From: a virus
Lineage: Duplodnaviria; Caudoviricetes
DNA length: 38,435 nt
Virus record (IMG/VR): IMGVR_UViG_3300036796_000104
Coordinates: 1-38,435 of that record
Direction: 5' to 3' (one strand)
A program made the translations under genes and the position numbers. Of the stretch, positions 18,048-27,072 are shown one piece after another (within the stretch, counting starts at the first letter, position 1; each line of letters opens with the position of its first letter). The notes under the pieces are model-generated. The model saw nothing but the letters and a program-made list of their open reading frames with translations. It did no database searches and was not told the DNA's origin.

Positions 18048-18241
18048 AGGTTCAGCGTCTCCGCAACAGGGGAAGAATCGATATCCGGTAGCTCAACGGT
18101 GGTGCCGTGGGGCATTTCCTCGCTCAGTTCGGCGAGACCGGGATTAGCCAGCAGCACCGCCTCGACCACGCCCTCCGTGCGCCCGTAATGGCGCGCGCAC
18201 AATGCATCGAGCGTGTCGCCCTGTAAGGCTGTGACCCACAT
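18038..18241 (-). CDS. X: Tail protein X (LysM-like)
   Basis: ALQGDTLDALCARHYGRTEGVVEAVLLANPGLAE. Confidence 0.95.
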   Translation of the reverse strand: MWVTALQGDTLDALCARHYGRTEGVVEAVLLANPGLAELSEEMPHGTTVELPDIDSSPVAETLNLWD

Positions 18242-18741
18242 CAGATTTGCCCGATAATGCAGCGGGGTTTGCCCTGGAGGCGCGACACCGCCCAGCGCAT
18301 ATCCCGCCACAGCTCATCAATGACGTTCTCGATATCGTCGGCTTTTTTGTCACCTTTGGCGCTCGCATCCACACCGCGATAACGCTCGTATAAAGTGGCG
18401 GTGGTCATGGCACAGACCGCACGCAGGTAATAAAAACAGCGCACGCTTTCACCGTCGATTTTCTCGGCAGGTACATCCGCCAGGCACTCAAAATCGAGGG
18501 CGATTTGTTCACGTCGCCAGTCGTACAGCTCCGCATTGGTTTCGGCGATACCGTCCTTAATCGCCACGCGCAGACGTTCCGGCGTGACGGTGTGCTCAAG
18601 GCGCATCAGTTCACGGATGCGCACCGGGTCGACGTCGGGAAAGAAGAAGGTATTTTTAATCACCGGCTCGCGTACCGGCAGTGGTGGAATAACCACACCG
18701 GCCTGCGGTGTGTTGGGTTTACTGATAATCACTGTCGTCAT
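18241..18741 (-). CDS. L: Head completion protein gpL
   Basis: VIKNTFFFPDVDP...LYERYRGVDAS..GDKKAD; start trimmed to ATG 18741 (GAGG SD). Confidence 0.94.
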   Translation of the reverse strand: MTTVIISKPNTPQAGVVIPPLPVREPVIKNTFFFPDVDPVRIRELMRLEHTVTPERLRVAIKDGIAETNAELYDWRREQIALDFECLADVPAEKIDGESVRCFYYLRAVCAMTTATLYERYRGVDASAKGDKKADDIENVIDELWRDMRWAVSRLQGKPRCIIGQI

Positions 18742-18833
18742 GACAACCTCAAAATGGGTGGACGGTGGACGCCGGTATCGATGAGGAATAAATCCAGTCT
18801 CAACCGGCGTGCCGTCCTGCGCGGGGCGCATTC

Positions 18834-19592
18834 TTAACCAGTGGTGTTAACCACTTTGCGGGGGCGACCGCGCTTGCCTGGTGTGGTCGCAGGTTTACGC
18901 GGTCGCGGTTTTGTTTTGGGTTTGGGCTTGTTAACCGCTGCGGGTTTGGGTTTCAGCGCACTTTCGAGGCGCTCAATGTCCTTTTTCACCCCCGCTTGGG
19001 CATCAAGCTGCATCGCACGCTTAAGCTGTTCCAGTGCCTCCGCCAGCCGTCCTGCATCACGCAGCACCAGCCCGGTGATTTTGTGCAGTCGCCCGCGCAC
19101 TTTGTCGGGCATATCGGCGGTGGCCGTCAGGGTCTGGGTTGCCAGCAGCAGCGCAATATCGACCGGCTCACCGGCGGCGTGGGCGCGCATGGCCGCCAGT
19201 GCCACATCTTCGGCGAGTACATACGGCGTGGTGCGTTTGTGCTGTGATGGCATGGTGAGACCGTACTGCATCGCATAGCGCGCAATCTCCAGCGCCCCGG
19301 CAATGTCACCGGCATCGAGCTTCCACAGCATGACGGTCATCACGATGTCATCCTGCGCGCCTTTGCCCTCAGCCAGTACACCGGCCACCCACGGCGCCCA
19401 GGACGGCAGCAACACACGCTTTTTGTCGGCCTTTCGCTCTATGGAATGAATGGTTTTTAACGTGCGCCGGTCGGCGGCCAGTTTGACCAGCATCTGCTCG
19501 TAAGCAGAAGCATGACGCAGCGGGTTATCGTCCCGCTGCGCGGTCACAATGGCCGAGACCCGCATCATGTGACGTGCGGCGGGACTCGTCAT
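18834..19592 (-). CDS. M: Terminase small (endonuclease) subunit gpM
   Basis: MTSPAARHMMRV...GAQDDIVMTVMLWKLDAGD...GVKKDIERLE. Confidence 0.95.
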   Translation of the reverse strand: MTSPAARHMMRVSAIVTAQRDDNPLRHASAYEQMLVKLAADRRTLKTIHSIERKADKKRVLLPSWAPWVAGVLAEGKGAQDDIVMTVMLWKLDAGDIAGALEIARYAMQYGLTMPSQHKRTTPYVLAEDVALAAMRAHAAGEPVDIALLLATQTLTATADMPDKVRGRLHKITGLVLRDAGRLAEALEQLKRAMQLDAQAGVKKDIERLESALKPKPAAVNKPKPKTKPRPRKPATTPGKRGRPRKVVNTTG

Positions 19593-19595
19593 GGC

Positions 19596-20681
19596 TTACG
19601 CCTCCTGCGCCGGTGCGCCGGCCTTCACTTCTTTCGGCGGCTCGGGGAACTCACCGAGTTTGATGTTTTCAACCAGGCAACCGGCGGCGTAGTCTTCAAT
19701 CACGTAATCAATGTTCATGGATTCGTAGTTTTCGACACGGTCGAGCTTGCCGTTCTCATCAATGATGCGGCGGTGGGAGTCATCCATGTAGTAAATGGAC
19801 AGGTTTTCGAGCGTCGTCACCATCAGGCCGTTGGCGGGGAAGTACGGCACGCGTACCGCAGGCAGGTTGCCGATGCGTTTCTGGCTGACAATCACGTCAG
19901 CGGCCATCGCTTCGGTGTTGGCCTGCTCCTGGTTCACAATCGGGAAATATTTGTCGGCCAGTAACTGACGGCCACAAATGACGACTAAATCCGGATCTTC
20001 CTGGTACCACGGCGCAATCATGGTATTGGTCGCATCCATCACCAGCGCGTCGAGGTTGGCATAATCGCCATTTTTACCCACACGAATGACATCGGAAACA
20101 GTGCCATCTTCAGCGGTATGTTTGTTCATCACGCGCGCGGGAGCTTCGTTGCGGTACTTCTGCAACCAGCCGACCGCCACATCCTGCAACAGCGGATTTT
20201 TGCTGCGGTCAGAGGTCGCCGCACGCTTAATGCCGTTGAAACCGGCCATCATTAAATCGAGCGACTGACGCTTGATAATGGCGTTACGGATACGGAGCTG
20301 GAAGTCCTGGAAACGCGCCCATAAATCGAGGGTGCGGAAACGGATATGGAAATCGAAGTTAATCTGATCACATTCGTATTTATTGGACTCCAGCGCGGTG
20401 AAATCTTCGGTCTGACGCTCGTCACCGCTGGCGGTATCGGCGGTGCTGGCAATCGAGCCGGACACACCGACACCGATTTTTTCACCTTTCATTTCCGCGA
20501 CCGGCACCATGTTGATGCGGGTCAGGAAGTCGGATGACTCCTGCATGGTGTTCATCAGCGTCTGCGTGACGGACGGGTCGACGCTGAATTTTTTGGTCAT
20601 GTCACCGGCGTCGACATTGTTGAGTTTCGCCACCTGGGTGAGATAGGCATTAAATTTAAAGCGGGTCTGTGGCTTCATCAT
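19596..20681 (-). CDS. N: Major capsid protein gpN
   Basis: TRFKFNAYL...LDLWARFQDFQLRIRNAI...NPLLQDVAVGWLQKYR. Confidence 0.97.
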   Translation of the reverse strand: MMKPQTRFKFNAYLTQVAKLNNVDAGDMTKKFSVDPSVTQTLMNTMQESSDFLTRINMVPVAEMKGEKIGVGVSGSIASTADTASGDERQTEDFTALESNKYECDQINFDFHIRFRTLDLWARFQDFQLRIRNAIIKRQSLDLMMAGFNGIKRAATSDRSKNPLLQDVAVGWLQKYRNEAPARVMNKHTAEDGTVSDVIRVGKNGDYANLDALVMDATNTMIAPWYQEDPDLVVICGRQLLADKYFPIVNQEQANTEAMAADVIVSQKRIGNLPAVRVPYFPANGLMVTTLENLSIYYMDDSHRRIIDENGKLDRVENYESMNIDYVIEDYAAGCLVENIKLGEFPEPPKEVKAGAPAQEA

Positions 20682-20726
20682 TTTTCCTGAATGAGTTTTG
20701 GTTTTGTTCCGGCAATGTGTCTGGGC

Positions 20727-21581
20727 TTAGCAGTTGGTCAGCATCGAGTCGCCATTGCCGCCGCTCGACGGTTCACGGCGGCGCTGCGCAAAGCTCTCGG
20801 TTTTATCCAGCGACGTTTCCAGCGCCGACAGCTTTTGCTGGCTTTCTTCGAGCTGGCCGGTGAGTTCACCTTTCAGGCTGAGGATTGATTGCTCCATCGC
20901 AGAAAGGCGTTGTTCGGTGGCGTCATGGTTGGCCTGTACCTGCTCGGTAACGACGGTCACCGCTTCATGCACATCGTTAAAACGCGCATCGTCATCCGCC
21001 TGTTTACGGCTGAAAATGCCTTTGACGGTGTCGGTCAGTTTGTTCAGCAGGGTGTCGGGCTGGTCTTCAAATTCCAGCTCGGCAAGAGTGGCGACCGAGA
21101 ACACATCCTCCGGGCGTTGTTTGCGACCCGAAAGCGGATTGGTTTTGGCGCGGGAGCAAAATTCCAGATATTCAGTGCCCAGGCTTGCCGGATCGTCAGT
21201 GACCGCGAGGCCAATCAGATAGCACTTGCCGGAGTTGGAGAAATTCGGGCGAATTTCCATGGAGGTGTAAACCTTCTGGCCTTTGCCGATCATTTCCACC
21301 AGATTTGCCAGCGGAGTGATGCGGGCAAACAGCGCCAGCTTGCCATTGAGTGCCGAATCATCATCGATAGTTTCGGCTTTCAGCTCAGTGACATCACCGT
21401 AACGGCAGAATGGGCTGTCGGGTAACACACTGGTGATGTGCTCGAGATTGATGCGTGCGCCATAAACTCGCGGGTCGAATGATTCGGCCATTTCCTGAAT
21501 ATCGGCGCCGCTGATCACGCGACCGTCACAGGTGTCACCTTCAACGCCAATGCGAAACCATTTAGAAACTTTCTTTGCCAT
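20727..21581 (-). CDS. O: Capsid scaffolding protein/protease gpO
   Basis: KWFRIGVEGDTCDGRVI...GLAVTDDPASLGTE. Confidence 0.97.
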   Translation of the reverse strand: MAKKVSKWFRIGVEGDTCDGRVISGADIQEMAESFDPRVYGARINLEHITSVLPDSPFCRYGDVTELKAETIDDDSALNGKLALFARITPLANLVEMIGKGQKVYTSMEIRPNFSNSGKCYLIGLAVTDDPASLGTEYLEFCSRAKTNPLSGRKQRPEDVFSVATLAELEFEDQPDTLLNKLTDTVKGIFSRKQADDDARFNDVHEAVTVVTEQVQANHDATEQRLSAMEQSILSLKGELTGQLEESQQKLSALETSLDKTESFAQRRREPSSGGNGDSMLTNC

Positions 21582-21659
21582 GTTCAGGCATCCTGATGTG
21601 GGGTGAATGGGTCAGGCTTAGTTTCCTGACTCCGCACCCGGCCTGCCATTCATCCCGGA

Positions 21660-21679
21660 TGGCTTACCCCTGACACAAC
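21660..21679. promoter_or_regulatory. Candidate Ogr-binding site for divergent PO/PP promoters
   Basis: TGG-N12-ACAac centred in the O-P intergenic region. Confidence 0.6.
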
Positions 21680-21746
21680 AGCACCTTAGCGCGCATCCCT
21701 CATCGCTTCAGTAGCCTTGCCTCTTATCGAATAACGCGAGGCAACC

Positions 21747-23519
21747 ATGACCATCACCACTGATACCTCACTGATGCTTGATCCGCGCCGACAGGCATCA
21801 CTGCTTTACTGGCAGGGATTTTCCGTGCCGCAGATTGCCGAAACGCTCGGCCAGAAACGCCCGACGGTGCAGAGCTGGAAACAGCGCGACGGCTGGGACG
21901 GTATTGCGCCTATCACCCGTGTTGAAAACAGCCTCGAAGCACGCTTAATTCAGCTCATTACCAAGACGAAAAAGGACGGCGGCGACTTCAAGGAAATCGA
22001 CCTGTTAGGTCGACAAATTGAGCGGCTGGCGCGGGTGAACCGCTATAACCAGACCGGCAGCGAGGCCGATTTAAATCCTAACGTGGCGAACCGCAACAAG
22101 GGCGAGCGTAAGAAGCCGAAAAAGAATTTTTTCAGCGATGAAGCTATCGAAAAACTGGAAGAGATTTTTTTCGCGGAATCCTTCGAGTATCAGCTCGGCT
22201 GGCATCAGGCGGGCCTGCAACACCGTATCCGCAACATCCTTAAATCCCGCCAGATTGGTGCGACGTTTTATTTCTCGCGTGAGTCACTGCTACGGGCGCT
22301 TAAAACCGGGCATAACCAGATTTTTCTCTCGGCCAGTAAGACGCAGGCGTATGTGTTCCGCGAGTACATCATCCAGTTTGCGCGCCTCGTTGATGTTGAC
22401 CTGACCGGCGACCCGATTGTCATCGGCAACAACGGGGCAAAACTGATTTTTCTCGGCACCAATTCCAATACCGCGCAGAGCCATAACGGTGACCTGCTGG
22501 TCGACGAGATTTTCTGGATCCCCAACTTCCAGAAACTGCGCAAGGTGGCATCGGGCATGGCCTCACAGCAGCACCTGCGCTCGACGTACTTCTCGACACC
22601 ATCCACGCTGGCGCATGGCGCGTACCCGTTCTGGTCAGGCGAGCTGTTTAACAAAGGCCGCGCAGATAAAAGCGAGTGTGTGGAGCTGGATATCAGCCAT
22701 GCAGCGTTAAAAAACGGCATGGCCTGCGCGGACGGTCAGTGGCGGCAGATTGTGACGATTGAGGACGCGCTCGCCGGGGGTTGTGACCTGTTTAATCTGG
22801 ATACGTTAAAGCGCGAAAACAGCGCCGATGATTTCCGTAATTTATTCATGTGTGAGTTTGTCGACGACAAAGCCTCGGTGTTCCCGTTCGAGGAGTTGCA
22901 ACGCTGCATGGTCGACAGCATGGAAGCCTGGGCGGATGACTGGCAGCCGTTTGCGACGCGCCCGTTTGGTTATCGCCCGGTATGGATTGGCTACGACCCG
23001 TCGCACACCGGCGACAGTGCCGGCTGTGTGGTGCTGGCACCGCCGGTGGTTGCCGGGGGTAAGTTCCGCATTCTGGAGCGCCACCAGTGGAAGGGGATGG
23101 ACTTTGCCACCCAGGCCGAGTCTATCAAAAAGCTGACCGAAAAATACCACGTCGAGTACATCGGTATTGATGCCACCGGTATCGGCCAGGGTGTTTACCA
23201 GCTCGTGCGCGCGTTCTATCCGGCAGCGCGTGAAATCCGCTACAGCCCCGAGGTGAAAACCGCGATGGTGCTCAAAGCCAAAGACACCATTGGCCGGGGA
23301 TGCCTGGAATATGACGTGAGTTATACCGACATTACTGCCTCGTTTATGGCTATCCGCAAAACCATGACCAGCAGTGGCCGCAGTGCCACCTATGACGCCA
23401 GCCGCAGTGAGGAAGCCAGCCACGCCGACGTCGCGTGGGCGACCATGCACGCGCTGTTAAATGAGCCTCTCACCGCCGGAAGCGGTCAGGCATCCACCTC
23501 AATTCTGGAGTTCAACTAA
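21747..23519 (+). CDS. P: Terminase large (ATPase) subunit gpP
   Basis: LKSRQIGAT (Walker A-like), LLVDEIFW (Walker B), WIGYDP nuclease motif. Confidence 0.97.
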   Translation: MTITTDTSLMLDPRRQASLLYWQGFSVPQIAETLGQKRPTVQSWKQRDGWDGIAPITRVENSLEARLIQLITKTKKDGGDFKEIDLLGRQIERLARVNRYNQTGSEADLNPNVANRNKGERKKPKKNFFSDEAIEKLEEIFFAESFEYQLGWHQAGLQHRIRNILKSRQIGATFYFSRESLLRALKTGHNQIFLSASKTQAYVFREYIIQFARLVDVDLTGDPIVIGNNGAKLIFLGTNSNTAQSHNGDLLVDEIFWIPNFQKLRKVASGMASQQHLRSTYFSTPSTLAHGAYPFWSGELFNKGRADKSECVELDISHAALKNGMACADGQWRQIVTIEDALAGGCDLFNLDTLKRENSADDFRNLFMCEFVDDKASVFPFEELQRCMVDSMEAWADDWQPFATRPFGYRPVWIGYDPSHTGDSAGCVVLAPPVVAGGKFRILERHQWKGMDFATQAESIKKLTEKYHVEYIGIDATGIGQGVYQLVRAFYPAAREIRYSPEVKTAMVLKAKDTIGRGCLEYDVSYTDITASFMAIRKTMTSSGRSATYDASRSEEASHADVAWATMHALLNEPLTAGSGQASTSILEFN

Positions 23520-24550
23520 TGGCGAAGAAACGCAAACATCACGTAGCAAAAAACACCATCACACCACAGGCGGCACCGCAAAAAATGGAAGCCTTCACCT
23601 TTGGTGAACCGTCACCGGTACTCGACCGCCGTGATATTCTGGATTACACCGAGTGCGTCGGTAACGGCAGATGGTTTGAGCCGCCGGTGAGCTTTACCGG
23701 GCTTGCCAAAACGCTACGCGCCGCCGTGCATCACAGCTCACCGATTTATGTGAAGCGCAATATTCTCGCCTCGACATTTATCCCGCATCCGCTGTTATCG
23801 CAGCAGGATTTCAGCCGCTTTGCGCTGGATTTTCTGGTGTTCGGCAATGCCTTTTTAGAAAAGCGCATGAGCGTCACCGGGAAGCTGCTCAGACTTGAAA
23901 CCTCTCCGGCCAAATATACCCGCAAAGGAACAGATGAGGATGCGTACTGGTTTGTGCAGTCATTTGTCACCCCGCATGAGTTTGCGCCCGGCTCGGTGTT
24001 CCACTTGCTGGAGCCGGATATTAATCAGGAGTTGTACGGCCTGCCGGAATACCTCAGCGCGCTTAATTCGGCCTGGCTGAATGAATCGGCCACGCTGTTC
24101 CGCCGCAAGTATTACCAGAACGGCGCACACGCCGGTTACATCATGTATGTGACCGACGCCGCGCAGAGCAGCACCGACGTGGAAGCCCTGCGCGAAGCGA
24201 TGCGCAGCTCTAAAGGGTTAGGGAATTTTAAGAACCTGTTTTTCTATGCGCCAAACGGCAAACCGGACGGGATTAAAATCGTGCCGCTTAGTGAGGTGGC
24301 GACCAAAGACGATTTCTTTAACATCAAGAAAGCCAGTGCCGAGGATTTGATGAGTGCACACCGTGTGCCGCCGCAGATGATGGGAGTCATCCCGAATAAT
24401 ACCGGTGGGTTTGGTGACGTGGTGAAGGCTGCGCAGGTATTTGTGCGTAATGAGCTGACGCCGTTACAGGAAAGAATCAAAGAGGTGAATGAGTGGGTAG
24501 GGGAGGAGGTGATCCGCTTCAAAGCCTATGAGTTAACGGAAACTCATTAA
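23519..24550 (+). CDS. Q: Portal protein gpQ
   Basis: EAFTFGEP, AVHHSSPIYVKRN, FRRKYYQNGAHAG. Confidence 0.97.
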   Translation: MAKKRKHHVAKNTITPQAAPQKMEAFTFGEPSPVLDRRDILDYTECVGNGRWFEPPVSFTGLAKTLRAAVHHSSPIYVKRNILASTFIPHPLLSQQDFSRFALDFLVFGNAFLEKRMSVTGKLLRLETSPAKYTRKGTDEDAYWFVQSFVTPHEFAPGSVFHLLEPDINQELYGLPEYLSALNSAWLNESATLFRRKYYQNGAHAGYIMYVTDAAQSSTDVEALREAMRSSKGLGNFKNLFFYAPNGKPDGIKIVPLSEVATKDDFFNIKKASAEDLMSAHRVPPQMMGVIPNNTGGFGDVVKAAQVFVRNELTPLQERIKEVNEWVGEEVIRFKAYELTETH

Positions 24551-24684
24551 GGAAAAAGACGCCGCTAAATGAGCGGCGAACATTAATTTTTTATCATTCC
24601 ACATTCAGGCTGATAGAACTCAAAAGCATTCACCAAATCAATGGATTGTTGTGCCGACTATCGTTATAATTATTCTTAGATAGA

Positions 24685-25392
24685 ATGAATCAAGAAGTGA
24701 CTAAACTTAAATTAGTTAATGAAATAGTGCCTTTGCATGCTTCTGTTCGATTTATTCTAAAGTCTGCTTCAATAAAAACTATTACTAAATATTTTAATGG
24801 ATTAATTTTATTTATGAACAGCAATCATCTTTGCAGTATTCAATCTAAAAACACACTTAACCATCTCAAAAAGTGTTTGCAAATAGAAGTTATAAGCCGA
24901 AGTGGAAATAAGAGGTTTTCATGGTTTAAAGTTTTTCACAGGGTAACCTTCAGTAGAAAGAAACGGTTTTACTTTTGGTGGCGCATAGCCAACTACATGT
25001 ATAGCTCACCGAATAAACGTTATAAAAAAATGGCGCGAAAAATCAATGAAAATCTTCGTTACAAATATGGGGCCGATATGAGTATAGCAGCGCACATTGG
25101 TGCTGGTATGAAGATTAATCACTATCTGGGGATTGTAGTTAGGTCAGAATGTATCATTGGTAACAATATGAATATTCGACAAAATACTACAATTGGGCGT
25201 AAAAGCTCACAAGGTGATATTGGAATTACTTTGATAGGTAACAATGTAGATATTGGGGCTCATAGTTGTATAATTGGGGATATAAAAATAGGTAATAACG
25301 TGACTATCGGGGCAATGACTTTTGTAAATAAAGACATACCTGATGACTCTATTATTTATAATACTGTTTCTTCCGTCATTAAAAATAAATAA
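24685..25392 (+). CDS. Hexapeptide-repeat O-acetyltransferase (CysE/WcaB-like); true start may be ATG 24814
   Basis: Left-handed beta-helix repeats IGAGMKINH, IGNNMNIRQNTTIG, IGNNVDIGAHSCIIG, IGNNVTIGA...VNKDIP; very AT-rich. Confidence 0.85.
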   Translation: MNQEVTKLKLVNEIVPLHASVRFILKSASIKTITKYFNGLILFMNSNHLCSIQSKNTLNHLKKCLQIEVISRSGNKRFSWFKVFHRVTFSRKKRFYFWWRIANYMYSSPNKRYKKMARKINENLRYKYGADMSIAAHIGAGMKINHYLGIVVRSECIIGNNMNIRQNTTIGRKSSQGDIGITLIGNNVDIGAHSCIIGDIKIGNNVTIGAMTFVNKDIPDDSIIYNTVSSVIKNK

Positions 25393-25646
25393 TAATATTT
25401 TCATATAGAAGATTCTTTGTCAGGTTATGTTCTTTGTAATAATAAATTTTTACCGATTGATGCCTCAAAGTAGGCATCATTTAAGCCGTTCATGTAGCGG
25501 CTTTTTTAAGCTCTCACATCCCACCATCAGTAAGCTACACACTGCAAATAATTTCGATCGAAACGAGACAAGAAAGCACTCCCATTCTGCTCCACAGGGC
25601 GGTGCACAGATGATGAAAAATAATATAAATACAACCCTTGCGCGCA

Positions 25647-25665
25647 ATGCTATCCCCGCCACGCC
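25647..25665 (-). other. cos site (19-nt cohesive end)
   Basis: Reverse complement GGCGTGGCGGGGATAGCAT closely matches P2/186 cohesive ends as recalled; expected position between Q and A. Confidence 0.9.
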
Positions 25666-25861
25666 TGCCCGCTTCATGGGTCGGTTTTAATGCAGGTGCA
25701 TGATCCTAGATAGCTTAGGGCTGGAGTGGAGTGAAGGAGGGGAGAAATAATTGCAAAGCTAATGCAAAAACATGCACCTTGCACATGCATGTCTAAAAAT
25801 GAAAAATTTTTGTAAAAAAAAACAATGCAGTTTCCGCCGAGCCAGTTTAATCAAACCTTGA

Positions 25862-26122
25862 TTACAGAGGAAAAACAATGTCTTTGACGTTTGATTTCCT
25901 TAAGACAACATATTGATTTAGATCGTGTTTTTGGTAGATCCTCATTTCATTTAGCAGTGTTTTGATAACATCGCCAAGCTCCTGCGGGTTAGATTGCTCA
26001 ACAAGTCTGTTGGTACGACTGTCGATCTCTCGTGAACTCAAGTCATTATTGTGTGCACTCCTAACCATCAAAGTGACCCATTGATCGGTCCATTTATCAC
26101 TCGAAGACAGGGATTTTTTCAT
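25862..26122 (-). CDS. Hypothetical small protein (uncertain)
   Basis: 86-codon ORF in AT-rich DNA with helical-looking sequence; ATG overlaps that of the divergent ORF and there is no clear SD. Confidence 0.4.
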   Translation of the reverse strand: MKKSLSSSDKWTDQWVTLMVRSAHNNDLSSREIDSRTNRLVEQSNPQELGDVIKTLLNEMRIYQKHDLNQYVVLRKSNVKDIVFPL

Positions 26123-26549
26123 GTCAAAAAACCTCGATTTATTTAATCAGCAAACGGCAGAAATCTTTGCCGTACTATGGGAGCACTTCCCGGTTCCACA
26201 GATTGTTAAGTACGAAAAATTTGATGCCAACCTTCCGGATGACTACTTTGACCAGCTTAATTCACCGGAAATGAAAGAGTTAAATAGGCTCCGAAGTGTG
26301 GTCGATGGCACGTTCATATTTCTCAGTGAAAATGGATATATTCAGTACAGAACTGACCATCAAATAGGCTTCTTTGATGTACGTCTTTCCGAAAAAGCTC
26401 TAGTCGCATTGAGGAAGAAACCTGAATCACTCGGCGGTGGTGAATCAATGGGGGACAAAATTATTGACGCTGTCAAAGAGGGCTCTCCGAGTGTTATTGC
26501 CGGAGTGATTACAAATGTACTAACCCTTGGTGCAAACTTACTTACATAG
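26121..26549 (+). CDS. Hypothetical protein, possible winged-helix fold
   Basis: AGGGA SD; FIFLSENGYI...VRLSEKAL resembles a wHTH wing pattern; lies in the A-cos variable region. Confidence 0.78.
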   Translation: MSKNLDLFNQQTAEIFAVLWEHFPVPQIVKYEKFDANLPDDYFDQLNSPEMKELNRLRSVVDGTFIFLSENGYIQYRTDHQIGFFDVRLSEKALVALRKKPESLGGGESMGDKIIDAVKEGSPSVIAGVITNVLTLGANLLT

Positions 26550-26568
26550 CTGACTTCGCATTAGAGCA

Positions 26569-26596
26569 GGCGTGCTAATAACATCGGAAGCACGCC
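26569..26596. terminator. Hairpin between the convergent 142-aa ORF and tum
   Basis: ggcgtgct-N12-agcacgcc; no strong T tract. Confidence 0.4.
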
Positions 26597-26658
26597 AATC
26601 TGCTGCATCAGAAGTACCAAACTGTGCTTATGCTGTATCAAGACAGAGTGGGTCGAGG

Positions 26659-26874
26659 TTAGCCATTTTCGTCTGCGGCATAGAACAGAAGCTCATCATC
26701 ACGATGATTACTTTCATCACGATTGACCACGTCTGTAATTATTGACAAGGCCATCTGTAACTCTTCAGGTTTACAGTTTGTGATCAGCGAAACTTCTGCG
26801 ATGAATTGAACACACGCCAGCTTATATTGTGCATTTTCTGCATCTTGTTTGAGCTGTGAATACTCCATGGTCAT
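26659..26874 (-). CDS. tum: Tum-like SOS-induced antirepressor (short form)
   Basis: Directly downstream of A and preceded by a LexA box as in 186/Fels-2; KLACVQFIAEVSLI...ALSII resembles the Tum family. Confidence 0.75.
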   Translation of the reverse strand: MTMEYSQLKQDAENAQYKLACVQFIAEVSLITNCKPEELQMALSIITDVVNRDESNHRDDELLFYAADENG

Positions 26875-26893
26875 GCTATCCTCTTTACTAAAT

Positions 26894-26937
26894 CACTGTA
26901 TATATAAACAGTATAACCGCTATCAATAGATTGTGAA
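26894..26937 (-). promoter_or_regulatory. tum promoter with LexA box
   Basis: CTGTATATATAAACAG at 26896-26911 overlaps the -10 of minus-strand TTCACA-N16-TATACT. Confidence 0.85.
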
Positions 26938-27072
26938 TACTATACAAGCAAAAAACTGGAAATATTTTTCAATAAAAATAGGCTCTTATGTGCATTTTTT
27001 CTTCAGCACTGCAACCGATGGTGACGCAGTGTTAATTAAATTACCTTTGATATTTTCCCACTGGATGCGGTT

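Noticed and set aside
16035-24522. Antisense and alternative-frame ORFs within head, lysis and terminase genes
   Set aside because: Explained by codon bias of the real genes; only the known lysB/lysC overlap was retained.
25427-25690. ORFs on both strands spanning cos
   Set aside because: They cross the cohesive-end site and have no protein-like features.
25688-25830. Cluster of TGCA/ATGCA words beside cos
   Set aside because: Irregular spacing with no repeat-spacer structure, so not CRISPR; most likely cos-adjacent packaging sequence.
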